A DNA stretch of 64,000 nucleotides, from contig CAVRVY010000003.1 in the NCBI GenBank assembly GCA_963724765.1, forward strand, positions 384,001 to 448,000. The letters are read 5' to 3'. How positions within the stretch are numbered: position 1 is the stretch's first letter; each line of letters begins with the position of its first letter. Positions 19,423 to 29,217 of this stretch are shown here, piece by piece. The translations under genes were made by a program, and so were the position numbers. The notes under the pieces were generated by a model. That model did not search any database, was not told the origin of the DNA, and saw only the letters and a program-made list of their open reading frames with translations. Source of the DNA: an uncultured delta proteobacterium. Lineage in GTDB: Bacteria; Desulfobacterota; Binatia; Binatales; Binataceae.

Positions 19423-21196
19423 TGCGCAGGGCTTGCAACTTTCCCTTGAGCCGCGCGGCCTGCTCCTGATCCGTGGTCCGCCGAAGCGCGTCCTCGTACT
19501 GTTGCCCGGCCTGCTCGGAGCGGCCGAGCTTGGAGTAAGCGTCGCCAAGGTGTTCGGTGATAGTCGGGTCGTCGCCGGTCAGGTTGACCGCCTTCTCGAG
19601 CTCTTCGGCCGCCTTGCCGTATTCGCCCTTCTGGTAATAGACCCAACCGAGACTGTCGATATAAAAGCCGTCTTCGGGTTCGATCGCGAGCGCGCGTTTG
19701 ACCAGCTTTTCAGCCTCGTCGAGGTGGTCGCCGGCCTCGGCGTAGGTGTAGCCGAGGTAGTTGAGCGCCTGCGCGTTTTTCGGATTCAGATCGATCGCCT
19801 TGCGCATCTCCTCGATGCTGGCGGGGCGCTGCTTGCTCTCGTCATAAAGCGCGCCGAGCGTGAAGTGGTATTTGTCGCTTTTGGGCTCGAGCACGACCAT
19901 CCGCTGCGCGAGTCTGATCGCGGTTGGATAGTCCTTCTTTTCCTGGTACACGCCGACCGTGAAGCCGAGAATCTCGGCGTCGTCAGGTTTCTTTGCCAGC
20001 GCCTGGTTGAGCGCGGCGATCGCCTGGTCGTACTCCTGCTGCTTGTCGTAGATGTAGGCGAGCTGCAGGCGCGATTCGACGTAATGCTCGTTACCCTCGG
20101 GAATCTTCCCGAACTCCGCCGCCGCCTTGTCGTAGTCGGACAGTTCGCTGTAGGCGGTGCCGAGATAGTAGTGGACGCGGTAGTTGTCGGGATCGGCGCC
20201 AAGCACCAGGTTGAACTCGGTGGCCGCGCGCTCGAAGTCGCCACGCTCGAAATACAGGAGGCCAATCTTGGTGCGCGTGTCGCCGGGACTGATGTCGATC
20301 TTCTCGGGTGGCGGCGCCGGCTTCACCGGTCCCTCGGCTGAAGCGTGCGCGGCAAAGTACAGTTCGGCCATGCGCTTGCGCGCACGGTCGTCGTTGGGGT
20401 TGATCTGCAGGATCTTTTTGTAAATCGCGACCGCGTCGTCGCGCCGGCCCTGGTCCTCGCGCAGCGCGGCGAGGTCGAGCAGCGCCAGCTCGGATTGCGG
20501 GTTGAGCTCGAGCGCCTTGTCGTAGTAGCGCTCGGCCGCGGCATAGTTGCCCGCCGCCAGCATCGTGCGTCCGGCGTAGTAGTAGCCGAGGAACGATTGC
20601 GGATCGAGCGCGATCAACTGCTCGAAAACCTTGCGCGCCTGCTCGTACTCGCCGCGCTTGGCGTACAGCGTACCCAGGAACAGGTAGGACTCCTGGTTCT
20701 TGGGCGCGGTTTTGATCACTTCCTGATAATCCTGCTCGGCGCTCGCGTCGTCGCCCAGCGCGGAGTCGATACCGGCCGCGAGCAGCAGTGCGTGCGATGA
20801 GCCGGGATCGATCCTGACTGCCTGGTCGGCCTGGCTCCGCGCCTCCGGCAGGCGGCCGTCGCGCACATAGAGCGTGGCCAGTGTTACGCGCAGCGTGGCG
20901 TTGTCCGGGTCGTACCGCACCGCCTGCTCGAGCGCTTTTAACGCCTCCGTGCGATCGCCCTCTTCGGTTGCGACCTCGGCTTGCAAAAACGCGCCCATCG
21001 CCCTGGCTTGCGGCGGGATGTCGACCGCCGGCTTGCCGCCGAACGGCGACTGTGGCTCTGCGGCCTCGCCTGGCGCGCTGGCGGAGGCGGCGCCGGGCGG
21101 CTGAAACCTGGGGCCCCGCACCTGCCCGCACCCGGCGCCGAGCAGCATCGCGGCCGCGGCCAGTGCAGCCGTCAGCGTGTGCCGTGATTTATGCAC
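19400..21196 (-). CDS. Large TPR-repeat lipoprotein (LbcA/PA4667-like)
   Basis: Many TPRs, lipobox-like GAG-C, C-terminal ALNYLGYTYAE...YIDSLGWVYY...EHLGDAY. Start set at GTG 21196. Confidence 0.85.
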   Translation of the reverse strand: MHKSRHTLTAALAAAAMLLGAGCGQVRGPRFQPPGAASASAPGEAAEPQSPFGGKPAVDIPPQARAMGAFLQAEVATEEGDRTEALKALEQAVRYDPDNATLRVTLATLYVRDGRLPEARSQADQAVRIDPGSSHALLLAAGIDSALGDDASAEQDYQEVIKTAPKNQESYLFLGTLYAKRGEYEQARKVFEQLIALDPQSFLGYYYAGRTMLAAGNYAAAERYYDKALELNPQSELALLDLAALREDQGRRDDAVAIYKKILQINPNDDRARKRMAELYFAAHASAEGPVKPAPPPEKIDISPGDTRTKIGLLYFERGDFERAATEFNLVLGADPDNYRVHYYLGTAYSELSDYDKAAAEFGKIPEGNEHYVESRLQLAYIYDKQQEYDQAIAALNQALAKKPDDAEILGFTVGVYQEKKDYPTAIRLAQRMVVLEPKSDKYHFTLGALYDESKQRPASIEEMRKAIDLNPKNAQALNYLGYTYAEAGDHLDEAEKLVKRALAIEPEDGFYIDSLGWVYYQKGEYGKAAEELEKAVNLTGDDPTITEHLGDAYSKLGRSEQAGQQYEDALRRTTDQEQAARLKGKLQALRNVGSASH

Positions 21197-21257
21197 CGAT
21201 AATTTGGGCGTGCGCGAGGGAACGCCCGGAACAAATTCATTTGGAGTTAGCACAAAG

Positions 21258-21299
21258 GCAAATGACTCAGGAGCAAAAGGCTCAAAGCAAAAAGACTCA
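21258..21299. repeat. Three degenerate 14-15 bp-period direct repeats upstream of the TPR operon
   Basis: GCAAATGACTCA (21258), GCAAAAGGCTCA (21273), GCAAAAAGACTCA (21287). Confidence 0.65.
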
Positions 21300-21461
21300 A
21301 AAGTTTGACCGTCGGCACCGGCCTGTCGTCCGGCGGGACCCACTTAATATACGCGGTTATACGCGCTATCGATACCATTTATAAGTGTTGTCCGCGAGGC
21401 CACCCTCGCGCAATCCCGCCGCCTTGTGCCGGCGCCGACGCTCGGCTAGAGCCTAGCCCTG

Positions 21462-22907
21462 ATGAAGCGGCTGAGCACGGATCGCGCTGAGCATGAACGA
21501 ATCGAAGCGGCCGCAACCGCCGCCGCGCCGCTCAACCCGCGCGCCGCGATCGCGATGCAGGGCGGCAAGCTCAGCCTGCTCTCGCTCACCTGCGTCGTCT
21601 ACCTGGTGGTAAGCGGCGGCGCCTACGGGACCGAGGACGCAGTGCGGATAGCCGGCCCGCGCCTCACGCTCCTTTTGTGCGTGCTGGTGCCGCTGACGCT
21701 CAGCGTGCCGACGGCGTTGATGGCGGCCGAGCTCAACGCGCTGATGCCGGTGGAGGGCGGCTTCTATTTCTGGGTCAAGGAGGCGCTCGGGCCGTTTTGC
21801 GGCTTCGCCGAGGCTTACCTGACCCTGCTTTATACCGCGATGGACATGGCGATATACCCGGTCCTGTTCAGCGCCTACCTCGCCTTCCTGTATCCGCTCG
21901 GCACTGGCGGCCAGCTCGTGGTCGGGGTCGCGCTGGTGTGGCTCGCCGGGCTGCTCAACTTTAGCGGCGTGCGGCCGGCGGGCGACAGCGTGGTCCTGCT
22001 CACCGCGCTGTTGCTGGCGCCGTTTGCGGCGCTGGTCGTGATCGGCTTTGGTCATCTCGTGCACTGGCATCCGCCGGGCGGCCAGATTTTCGGGCCCGAC
22101 TTCGCGCTCGCGCTCGGCGGCGGACTCACGATCATAATCTGGAATTTCAGCGGATGGGAAAACGCGAGCGTGGTCGCAGGCGAGATTAGCAACCCGCGCC
22201 GCACCTACCAGCGCGCGCTTGCGATCGCGCTGCCGATGGTGGTGCTCGGCTACATGCTGCCGCTCGGCGTGGCGCTCTCGGGCGCGCATAGCGGCGCCAA
22301 GTGGGAGACTGGATGGTACTCCGAAATTGGCCGGCAGATCGGCGGCCCGGCGCTAGGCGCCGCGCTCGCGCTGGGCGGGATGGTGTCGGCATTTTCGATC
22401 TTCACGGCCGCGATGCTGTGGGTGTCGCGGATGCCGTTCGTGCTGGCGCGCGAGCGCTATCTGCCGCGATGGCTGGCCGAGGTCTGGCGCACCACCGCAA
22501 CGCCCGGCAAGTCGATCCTTGCCTGCTGCGTGCTCTTCACGATGCTGGTGCCGCTCGGCTTCGTCACGCTGGTCATCCTCGACGTATTCTTTTACATGGG
22601 GGCGCTGGTGCTCGAGCTGAGCGCGCTGGTGGTGATGCGTCGCAAGCGGCCCGTGCGCGACGGCCTGTTCATGATCGGCGGCGGCCGGACCGGCCTCTAC
22701 CTGGTCGCGGGACTCCCGATGCTGACCTGGTGCGCCACCTTTGGTCTCGCGCTTACTGCGGGCGGCATCAAGGAGGACTTCATCGTCGCGGTCGTGCTGG
22801 CGGCGACGACCTATCCGGCCTACGCGCTATGCCGCAAGTTGTGGGGCGGACCGCCGCGTGGACAAAGCGTCTTCGCCCCTCCCGCCAGTCCGGCCGAGGC
22901 TCCTTGA
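21462..22907 (+). CDS. APC-family amino acid/polyamine permease
   Basis: VSGGAYGTE, AEL..MPVEGGFYFWV, WNFSGWENAS..AGEI; about 12 TM. Start may lie slightly downstream. Confidence 0.88.
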   Translation: MKRLSTDRAEHERIEAAATAAAPLNPRAAIAMQGGKLSLLSLTCVVYLVVSGGAYGTEDAVRIAGPRLTLLLCVLVPLTLSVPTALMAAELNALMPVEGGFYFWVKEALGPFCGFAEAYLTLLYTAMDMAIYPVLFSAYLAFLYPLGTGGQLVVGVALVWLAGLLNFSGVRPAGDSVVLLTALLLAPFAALVVIGFGHLVHWHPPGGQIFGPDFALALGGGLTIIIWNFSGWENASVVAGEISNPRRTYQRALAIALPMVVLGYMLPLGVALSGAHSGAKWETGWYSEIGRQIGGPALGAALALGGMVSAFSIFTAAMLWVSRMPFVLARERYLPRWLAEVWRTTATPGKSILACCVLFTMLVPLGFVTLVILDVFFYMGALVLELSALVVMRRKRPVRDGLFMIGGGRTGLYLVAGLPMLTWCATFGLALTAGGIKEDFIVAVVLAATTYPAYALCRKLWGGPPRGQSVFAPPASPAEAP

Positions 22908-22958
22908 GCGAGCGGCGACGCGGCCCGCAAGCGTAAGCCGGAACTGGAGATTCTGTTT

Positions 22959-24080
22959 ATGGCCAGGCGCACGGTGGTAAAAGCCTACTTCAACCAGGGC
23001 GGGCTGGCCCGGCCGTATGCGCCCGTGGCCCGGCGCGTACGAACCGCCGACCGCGAGTTCGCTGGTCTGCTCTACAGCGAGGACGGCGTCCGCAGACTCG
23101 ACGCCACGCTGGAGCAGGCGCGAATCGCCGCCGGCTCGCTCATCGGCGCGAGCGCGAGCGGCGGTGGCGTCTCGCTCCTGCCCAACTCCTCGACCGCGCT
23201 GAATCTCGCAATCAGCATCCTCGGCGCGACGCTCGGTCCGGGTGAGATCGCCGTCACCACCGACCAGGAGCATCCGTGCGTCAACTGGCCGCTCTCACGC
23301 CTTAGCGCGCGCGGGATCGAGATCGCAACGATCGGCGGCGGATCGCCTGCCGAGTTTCTCGACAATTTGCGCGCGCTAATTCGCCGGCGGCGTCCGGGCT
23401 TCGCCGTGTTCTCTAACGTCTCGTGCCAGGACGGCCGCGTCCTGCCGGTCGAAGAAGCCGGAGCGATCCTTGGGCAGCAGGAAATTCCGTATATCGTCGA
23501 CGGCGCGCAGGCGCTCGGACAGGTCGCGATCGACGTGGCGCAAATCGAAGCGTGGGCCTATGCGTTCACCGGCCACAAGTGGCTATTCGGTCCGATGGGC
23601 ACCGGGGGTCTGTGGACCAGCGAGCGATTTCTGCGCGCCAACACGCTCGCCTGGACGGGGCCAGTGGGTTTCATCCGCAGGGGCGGCGGCGAACTCGAAA
23701 GCGGATCGCTCAACTGCGCGCTGTTCGCGGGGATGGCCGAGGCGCTCCGAACGTGCGCTGAGGAATTCGCGTCACGGGTCGAGACCCTGATGCGGATGCG
23801 GACGCGAATCAGCGGGCTGCTCGACGCGCTCTACGAAAATACGGCGTCGAAATGGGACGGCCCGCACGCGCCCGGCATCCTGGCTTACGCGCTGCCGCCT
23901 CAGACGCGGCCTGAGGAGTTGGCCGAGGCGGCGCTCGGCCGCTTCGGCGTCGCGATCAAGCCGCTGCGCCCACCCCAGGATCCCAACGGCTTCCGCGTGA
24001 CCTTCTCACCCTGGACCACCGATGACGAGGTCGAGTTGCTGGGCGAGGCGATGCGCTCGCTCGCCCGCGAATCGCACTAA
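22959..24080 (+). CDS. PLP-dependent class V aminotransferase-fold enzyme (C-S lyase/epimerase-like)
   Basis: TDQEHP, VDGAQALG, FTGHKWLFGPMGTG (PLP-binding Lys). Confidence 0.85.
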   Translation: MARRTVVKAYFNQGGLARPYAPVARRVRTADREFAGLLYSEDGVRRLDATLEQARIAAGSLIGASASGGGVSLLPNSSTALNLAISILGATLGPGEIAVTTDQEHPCVNWPLSRLSARGIEIATIGGGSPAEFLDNLRALIRRRRPGFAVFSNVSCQDGRVLPVEEAGAILGQQEIPYIVDGAQALGQVAIDVAQIEAWAYAFTGHKWLFGPMGTGGLWTSERFLRANTLAWTGPVGFIRRGGGELESGSLNCALFAGMAEALRTCAEEFASRVETLMRMRTRISGLLDALYENTASKWDGPHAPGILAYALPPQTRPEELAEAALGRFGVAIKPLRPPQDPNGFRVTFSPWTTDDEVELLGEAMRSLARESH

Positions 24081-24150
24081 TTAACTCATCCCGTCTCGAT
24101 CTTCTTGCAGACAGAGGCGGTTCTCACGGAGATTGAGGACCGACTGGACT

Positions 24151-24188
24151 CCCCGCCCTCACCCTCCCCCAAAACTGAGGGGGAAGGA
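24151..24188. repeat. REP-like CCCTC...GAGGG hairpin element
   Basis: CCCCGCCCTCACCCTCCCCC-AAAACTGA-GGGGGAAGGA, intergenic; same style as the hairpin at 54243-54271. Confidence 0.5.
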
Positions 24189-24296
24189 ATTTGAAACCAA
24201 AGCGTATGATTATCGGACGCGTCGAGGGTGCTGTTCGGCGCCGACCGCAAGTGCTACAGGATGATCGATGCGCAGCGGCGCAGGCGGAGCATCAAA

Positions 24297-24920
24297 ATGG
24301 AAAATTCCGGCAATCATCGAATCACCAGCGTGGACCAGTTGCGAGCGCTCATGGGCACCCCGCATCCGGCCACCCCACGCAAGCTCCTGCGCGCGCTCGA
24401 CGATACCGCGATCGACTTCATCGGCCGTTCGCCCTTCCTGGTGCTCGGGACAGCGGACGCCGAAGGCAATCAGGACGTCTCGCCCAAGGGCGGTGCACCG
24501 GGTTTCGTTGCGGTCGAGGGCCCCAACACGCTGCTGATTCCCGACAGCAAGGGCAACAAGCTGCTTTTCGGCCTGCAGAACATCCTGGAGAATTCGCACG
24601 CCGGGATTATCTTCATGGTTCCCGGCACCGACGAGACGCTGCGGGTCAACGGCACGGGCGAACTGAGCGTCGACCCGGCCTTGCTCGCGCGGTTTTCGGC
24701 TAGCGGCTCGGCGGCCCAGATCGCGATCCGAATCACCGTGCGCGAATGTTTCTTCCACTGCGCGAAAGCCCTGATGCGCTCGCAATTGTGGAAGCCCGAG
24801 AGCTGGGGCGCGCGCATCCCTTTTTCATGGGGAAAATACCTGGCCGTGAAGAGCGACGGCGAAGACGCGGCGGCAAAGATCGACCGCTTCGTCGAGCTCG
24901 ACTACAAGAACAATCTATAG
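24297..24920 (+). CDS. Pyridoxamine 5'-phosphate oxidase-like FMN-binding protein (MSMEG_1061 type)
   Basis: FIGRSPF, DVSPKGGAPGF, PDSKGN, PGTDETLRVNG, FFHCAKALMRSQLW. Confidence 0.88.
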   Translation: MENSGNHRITSVDQLRALMGTPHPATPRKLLRALDDTAIDFIGRSPFLVLGTADAEGNQDVSPKGGAPGFVAVEGPNTLLIPDSKGNKLLFGLQNILENSHAGIIFMVPGTDETLRVNGTGELSVDPALLARFSASGSAAQIAIRITVRECFFHCAKALMRSQLWKPESWGARIPFSWGKYLAVKSDGEDAAAKIDRFVELDYKNNL

Positions 24921-24936
24921 GCCGTAAGCGCGCGGC

Positions 24937-25398
24937 TCAGGATTCTTCAGTTTTCTTTTTCTCGGGCTCCCACATCCGCTGCCATGCGCGCAGCCCGTCC
25001 TGCAGCGTCTTCTGCACCGACTCGGCCTGCTTGCGCGCCTCCTCGGTCCACTTGTCCGAGGCGCTGAACGACTCGGTCGCCTTGCGCCAGCTCTCGGCCC
25101 ACGCCTCCATCGGATTGGGCTTCTTCTCCGAGCCAGCCGCCGAAGCCGTCCGGCGCACTTGCTCGCGGACCTGGCGCTCCCACCACTGGAAGCCCTGCTC
25201 CAGCGCGGTCACCATGCCGTCCTTGCTCATCCGCGCGGCGCGCAGCCAGTTTTCGACCATCTGCTCGCGGTCGACCCCGGCGCCGGCCTGCGCCGCGAGA
25301 TCCTTGACCGCTTTGTTCACCGCCGAGAGAGTTTCGGCCAGCGCCTCGCTGGCCTTGCGAATCACGTCGCCGATGCTCGAAGAATCTTCGGTCGCCAT
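24937..25398 (-). CDS. Hypothetical amphipathic helical Trp-rich protein (possibly PHA granule-associated)
   Basis: 153 aa, all-helical composition with many Trp; GGAGGG RBS upstream. Confidence 0.65.
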   Translation of the reverse strand: MATEDSSSIGDVIRKASEALAETLSAVNKAVKDLAAQAGAGVDREQMVENWLRAARMSKDGMVTALEQGFQWWERQVREQVRRTASAAGSEKKPNPMEAWAESWRKATESFSASDKWTEEARKQAESVQKTLQDGLRAWQRMWEPEKKKTEES

Positions 25399-25500
25399 CG
25401 CTGCCGCCCTCCGTGTCGATTAATGATCCGAACCGACGCGCCCGGCATCAAAGAGCATCCCGACGCGTGTTCGTCATCTTATCGTCCTACAGATCGCGGC

Positions 25501-26826
25501 CTAATTCGAGACGCGCGCGACCGCCGCGCCCGTCGCCTCTTTTGCGGTCGCGGGCTGCATGCGGACGCCGGCTGTTCGAGGCGCGGCCCTGGAGATGGTC
25601 ATCCAGAGCGCCGCGAAATAGGCGCATCCGAGCGAAATGAACGCGGCCTCGGCCGGCATCACATACGACGCATGCATATGTCCGGCGATCGCACGCGACA
25701 ACGCCCGACTGAGGAAGCCCAGCGGGCCGCCCATGAACATTGCTGCCACGTAGCTCGCACCGGCAAGGTTCAATACGCGCCGCGCCAGCGGTCTTTCTTC
25801 AGTGGCCGCGTGATTCGCCGCCGCGATACCGACGTAAAGCGGAACGATGCAAACGAGGAACTGCGGCCAGGCCACCGGCGAGAGCATCGTGATCACCACC
25901 AGCCACAGCGAAAAGCCGCATCCATAACGGTCATCCTCAATCGCGACGGTGGCGGCAAACGCGAAGGCCGCCGCCAGCAGTTCGATCGCCAACCCTGCCA
26001 CGGCAGCCCAGTCGCTATAACCGAGCACCAGTTGCACGAACGAGCCTAAATTGAGATTCGCCGGATGCTTCAACAAGCCAGCCGGCGCGCCGCGGGCGTG
26101 CACTCCGGACATCGGCGCCGCCAGATGTGCGAAACTCAGGACCGGCCGTAATCCCGCAAACCCAATCGCAATCGCACTACCGATAACGCACGCGGCCACA
26201 AAGTACGCGCTCGCGCGCCAGTTGCGCCGCGCAACCAGATAACCCAGCATCCCCAGCGGATAGGCGCGGAGCAAAGCCTCCGCCGCCAATATCACTCCAG
26301 CCGTCCCGTCATGGCGTCGTGCAAGCGCGCACAGCGCCAGCACGAAGATCAACAACAGTACAACTTCGCTCTGTGCAAACCAGAAATTGATCGCGATCGG
26401 CGGATAGAGCAGCATCAAGGCCGCAACCGTCCAGCCCTCCACGCCGGGCGGTCCCACTTCGCGAATCAGCAGGAAAAGCGCCGCGGCGAGGCACAACACG
26501 TTGAACGCGGCCCACGTCCAGTAGGCGGTTATCGGCTCAAGGAACGTAAACGGCTCGAAAAATATCAGCCAGGCCGGCGTATCGAGCAGCGGCTCGGCTC
26601 ACTCCCAGGCCGAGAGATTACTCAGCGGACGGCCGGCTGCGGTGAAAACAGTCTCGAAATCACCGTCGTAAGGATCAATACCCTGTCGAAGCGCCAGCGA
26701 CCCGACATAGTATGGTTTGAAATCCTGATAGCCACTGACGTTCGAAGGCAGTGACTCGAAAATAACAGTCGCCGCAACGCCGACAATTATCCATAGCGCA
26801 AGTGCGATTTGCGTTCGTACGCTCAT
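25501..26826 (-). pseudogene. GT87/DUF2029 membrane glycosyltransferase interrupted by an in-frame TGA
   Basis: ORFs 26599..26826 (DFKPYY..GIDPY) and 25501..26499 share one frame; reading through TGA 26599-26601 gives AWE*AEPLLDTPAWLIFFEPF..AYWTW, the usual GT87 layout (442 codons in total). Confidence 0.75.
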
Positions 26827-27035
26827 CTTCAGCCGGCACGGTCTACGCCAGTGCGATTGGCGTATCGCCGGCCTGAGATGATGCTACTCGCGCGCGGCCG
26901 CCGCAAGTCAATGGCTTGCAGGTGTTGTCATCGCCTTCGCGTGGCGCTGACTATCGCATCCAATAGTAAGACTCGAAAGTCTAATGGCGATTGAAGCTGC
27001 GCGCCTGGGGTCTCAGGCTGGTTCGAGACGCCGCC

Positions 27036-28178
27036 TCATGCGAGATAACGGTAGGCGACCGCGCCGATTGCGCGGGTGACGGACAGCGGCAGCCGGCGCC
27101 AGATTCGCGCCAGCGCACTCGTGGAATGATCGGCCGTCTCGGCGCTTGTGTGACGCGGCGGGCGGGGAAAGTAGCTATAGGGAAGCGGCGACGGCACGGC
27201 GCCCATCTCAGCCTTGAAGCGCGCGAGTCCCGTGTTGCTCGAGTCAGTGCGGCCAAGGTCGAGCACCGCCGCCTTGCCCGCGTGATGCTCCAGGATGCTG
27301 AAGAACAGAAGATGCGAGGCGCCTGCGGTGCTCTCAGCCGCGCGCGCCGACCATTTGGCATAGAGCTTGGGACCGTCGCGCAGCAGCACGACCGCGGCCT
27401 GGTCGCGCCCGGCGCACGACGCCAGCCAGACCTCGAGGCCGTGGGTCTGGGCGAAGACCTCGCGCACGAGCGAAAAGAAACGCAGCGGCTGCGGCGGCAC
27501 GCCCAGGCGCCGTCGGGTCTCGAGCTGGATCGTATAAAAGCGGCCTAACATCGCGGCGCTATCGCCGGTCTCGACGGTGAGCGATTCGGATGCGGCGCGC
27601 TTTACCTGGCGGCGAAAATTTCGATCCGCCGCGCGCTGGATCTCCGCGAACGGACGTCCGAGATCAATCGACCATTGCTCAAAGCTGTCGACCGTCTGCC
27701 ATGGCGCGGCGGCCTTGATCCCCCGAATCTCCAGACTGCCGCCGATCCGCGATTCGGCGGTCAGGGCGCGCATCAATGCGGCGGTCGCATTCTCATCAAT
27801 GCCCAGTGGCGCGCATGAATCGGAAAACGGCAGACCGACGACGCGGCGGTTAAACGGATTCCTGGTGCGCGACAGCAGACAGCCGGCGAGGACTTTGCCG
27901 CGGCGTTCGATAGTTGCCGCGAAAACCTGAAATCCATAGGCGCGGCGGAGCACCTGCGCCCACGCCGGCGTGTGAAATAACGTGGCATTGCCGCTCGCTT
28001 CGCCAAGCTGCTCCCATCGGTCAAGCGCCTGGGCAAGCGGTTGGATCGTTACGCCAAGCGGAGGCTCGGCGTCGCCGGTGCCGTCCATCGCCGGGTCCAG
28101 CGCGAACGTCTGCGCGCCGAAAGTATGGGAATCGAAATTATGCCTGGTGACCGCCATCGTCGAAACGTCCTCCCTCAT
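27036..28178 (-). CDS. FemAB-like / CelD-BcsL GNAT family protein (EPS-associated type)
   Basis: TLFHTPAW, GLPFSD, RRLGVPPQP..FF, LDLGRT...GLARFK..MGA. Confidence 0.82.
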   Translation of the reverse strand: MREDVSTMAVTRHNFDSHTFGAQTFALDPAMDGTGDAEPPLGVTIQPLAQALDRWEQLGEASGNATLFHTPAWAQVLRRAYGFQVFAATIERRGKVLAGCLLSRTRNPFNRRVVGLPFSDSCAPLGIDENATAALMRALTAESRIGGSLEIRGIKAAAPWQTVDSFEQWSIDLGRPFAEIQRAADRNFRRQVKRAASESLTVETGDSAAMLGRFYTIQLETRRRLGVPPQPLRFFSLVREVFAQTHGLEVWLASCAGRDQAAVVLLRDGPKLYAKWSARAAESTAGASHLLFFSILEHHAGKAAVLDLGRTDSSNTGLARFKAEMGAVPSPLPYSYFPRPPRHTSAETADHSTSALARIWRRLPLSVTRAIGAVAYRYLA

Positions 28179-28202
28179 TCTCCTGCGCTCTCCTGAACGG
28201 AT

Positions 28203-28889
28203 TCAAGCGGAACGGTTCTTGGGAATTATATAGGCCCCTGCCAGCTTGAATCCCCACTGCGTCACCCACGTGCCTTCGGCCGCGAGCGTGAATCGCCCCT
28301 TTTCGACGACCCGGATGGACGGCTGATTGATGGCCTCGACGACATACCACAAGCGCCGCCCCGGCTTAGCGAGCATCGCCACTATCGTCTGAAGCGCGAA
28401 GAATGCAAGGCCTCTTCCGCGATGCGCAGGATCGGTCCAGGTGTCGCCAATCTGGAAGTCGTCGTCGGCTACGAACGGAAAGCGCCAATACCTCGGAGTA
28501 AATCCTGAATAGTGCACCAGCCGCTCGCGGTCATAGACCAGCAAGACGCCGCACCCCGGGCCGGCGAACAGATGCAGCCTATGTATGGCCCATCGGAAGA
28601 GGAATCTCAGCCTGAGTCTGACGCTCAAGAGCCCCTGCGGCAACGTAGGCCAGATTCGCGGCCGCCACACGGTCCACGAATACGGAGCAGGCAGGGCGCC
28701 GGCGGCAGTGTCGTCGTTTGCGCACTCGTGGCGCGCGTTCTCGTCGCCCGCACTCTCGCCGCAGGTGTAACAGTAAAAAAGATAATGGGGATCCAGACGG
28801 GTCTCCGATTGAGACGGCGCGAATTCCTCAGGCATCTCTCGCGCTGAAAACTTCTGAGGGGGTGATACTATCGCGTTGGTTGCACTCAT
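28203..28889 (-). CDS. GNAT family N-acetyltransferase
   Basis: IGDTWTDPAHRGRGLA (motif A), NQPSIRVVEKGRF (motif B). Start uncertain (28889 or 28928). Confidence 0.8.
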   Translation of the reverse strand: MSATNAIVSPPQKFSAREMPEEFAPSQSETRLDPHYLFYCYTCGESAGDENARHECANDDTAAGALPAPYSWTVWRPRIWPTLPQGLLSVRLRLRFLFRWAIHRLHLFAGPGCGVLLVYDRERLVHYSGFTPRYWRFPFVADDDFQIGDTWTDPAHRGRGLAFFALQTIVAMLAKPGRRLWYVVEAINQPSIRVVEKGRFTLAAEGTWVTQWGFKLAGAYIIPKNRSA

Positions 28890-28946
28890 CCAGATGCCAG
28901 TCGTTGGTCGGAAGGCCAAGGACCTCACAAACTCGCCAAATAGATG

Positions 28947-28961
28947 GCAAGAGATATGCCA
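28947..28961 (-). promoter_or_regulatory. Putative sigma54 (-24/-12) promoter of the GNAT-GNAT-GT87 unit
   Basis: Minus strand TGGCATATCTCTTGC versus consensus TGGCACG-N4-TTGC; correct GG/GC spacing; AT-rich tract upstream. Confidence 0.65.
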
Positions 28962-29217
28962 TGCTCAAGGGAGCACTGTTAAAAGAGCAAATGCTCATAA
29001 ATCAGCGTGTTTAGCACTGTCTCGCCTCAGCCGCCTGCACGGATCGCCATATCACGACAAAGGCGAGGTATTTTTTACAGTACAAGTTTTACCGTCCAGC
29101 GCGCCAATGTAGGCCGCCAAGCTGACGTACGCCCGCCAAGCGACCTGCGCCAAAGCCGACCCCCCGCGACCAACGAGCCTCCCGCTGATCATCGGAGAGG
29201 ATGATGGACGTCGCCGA

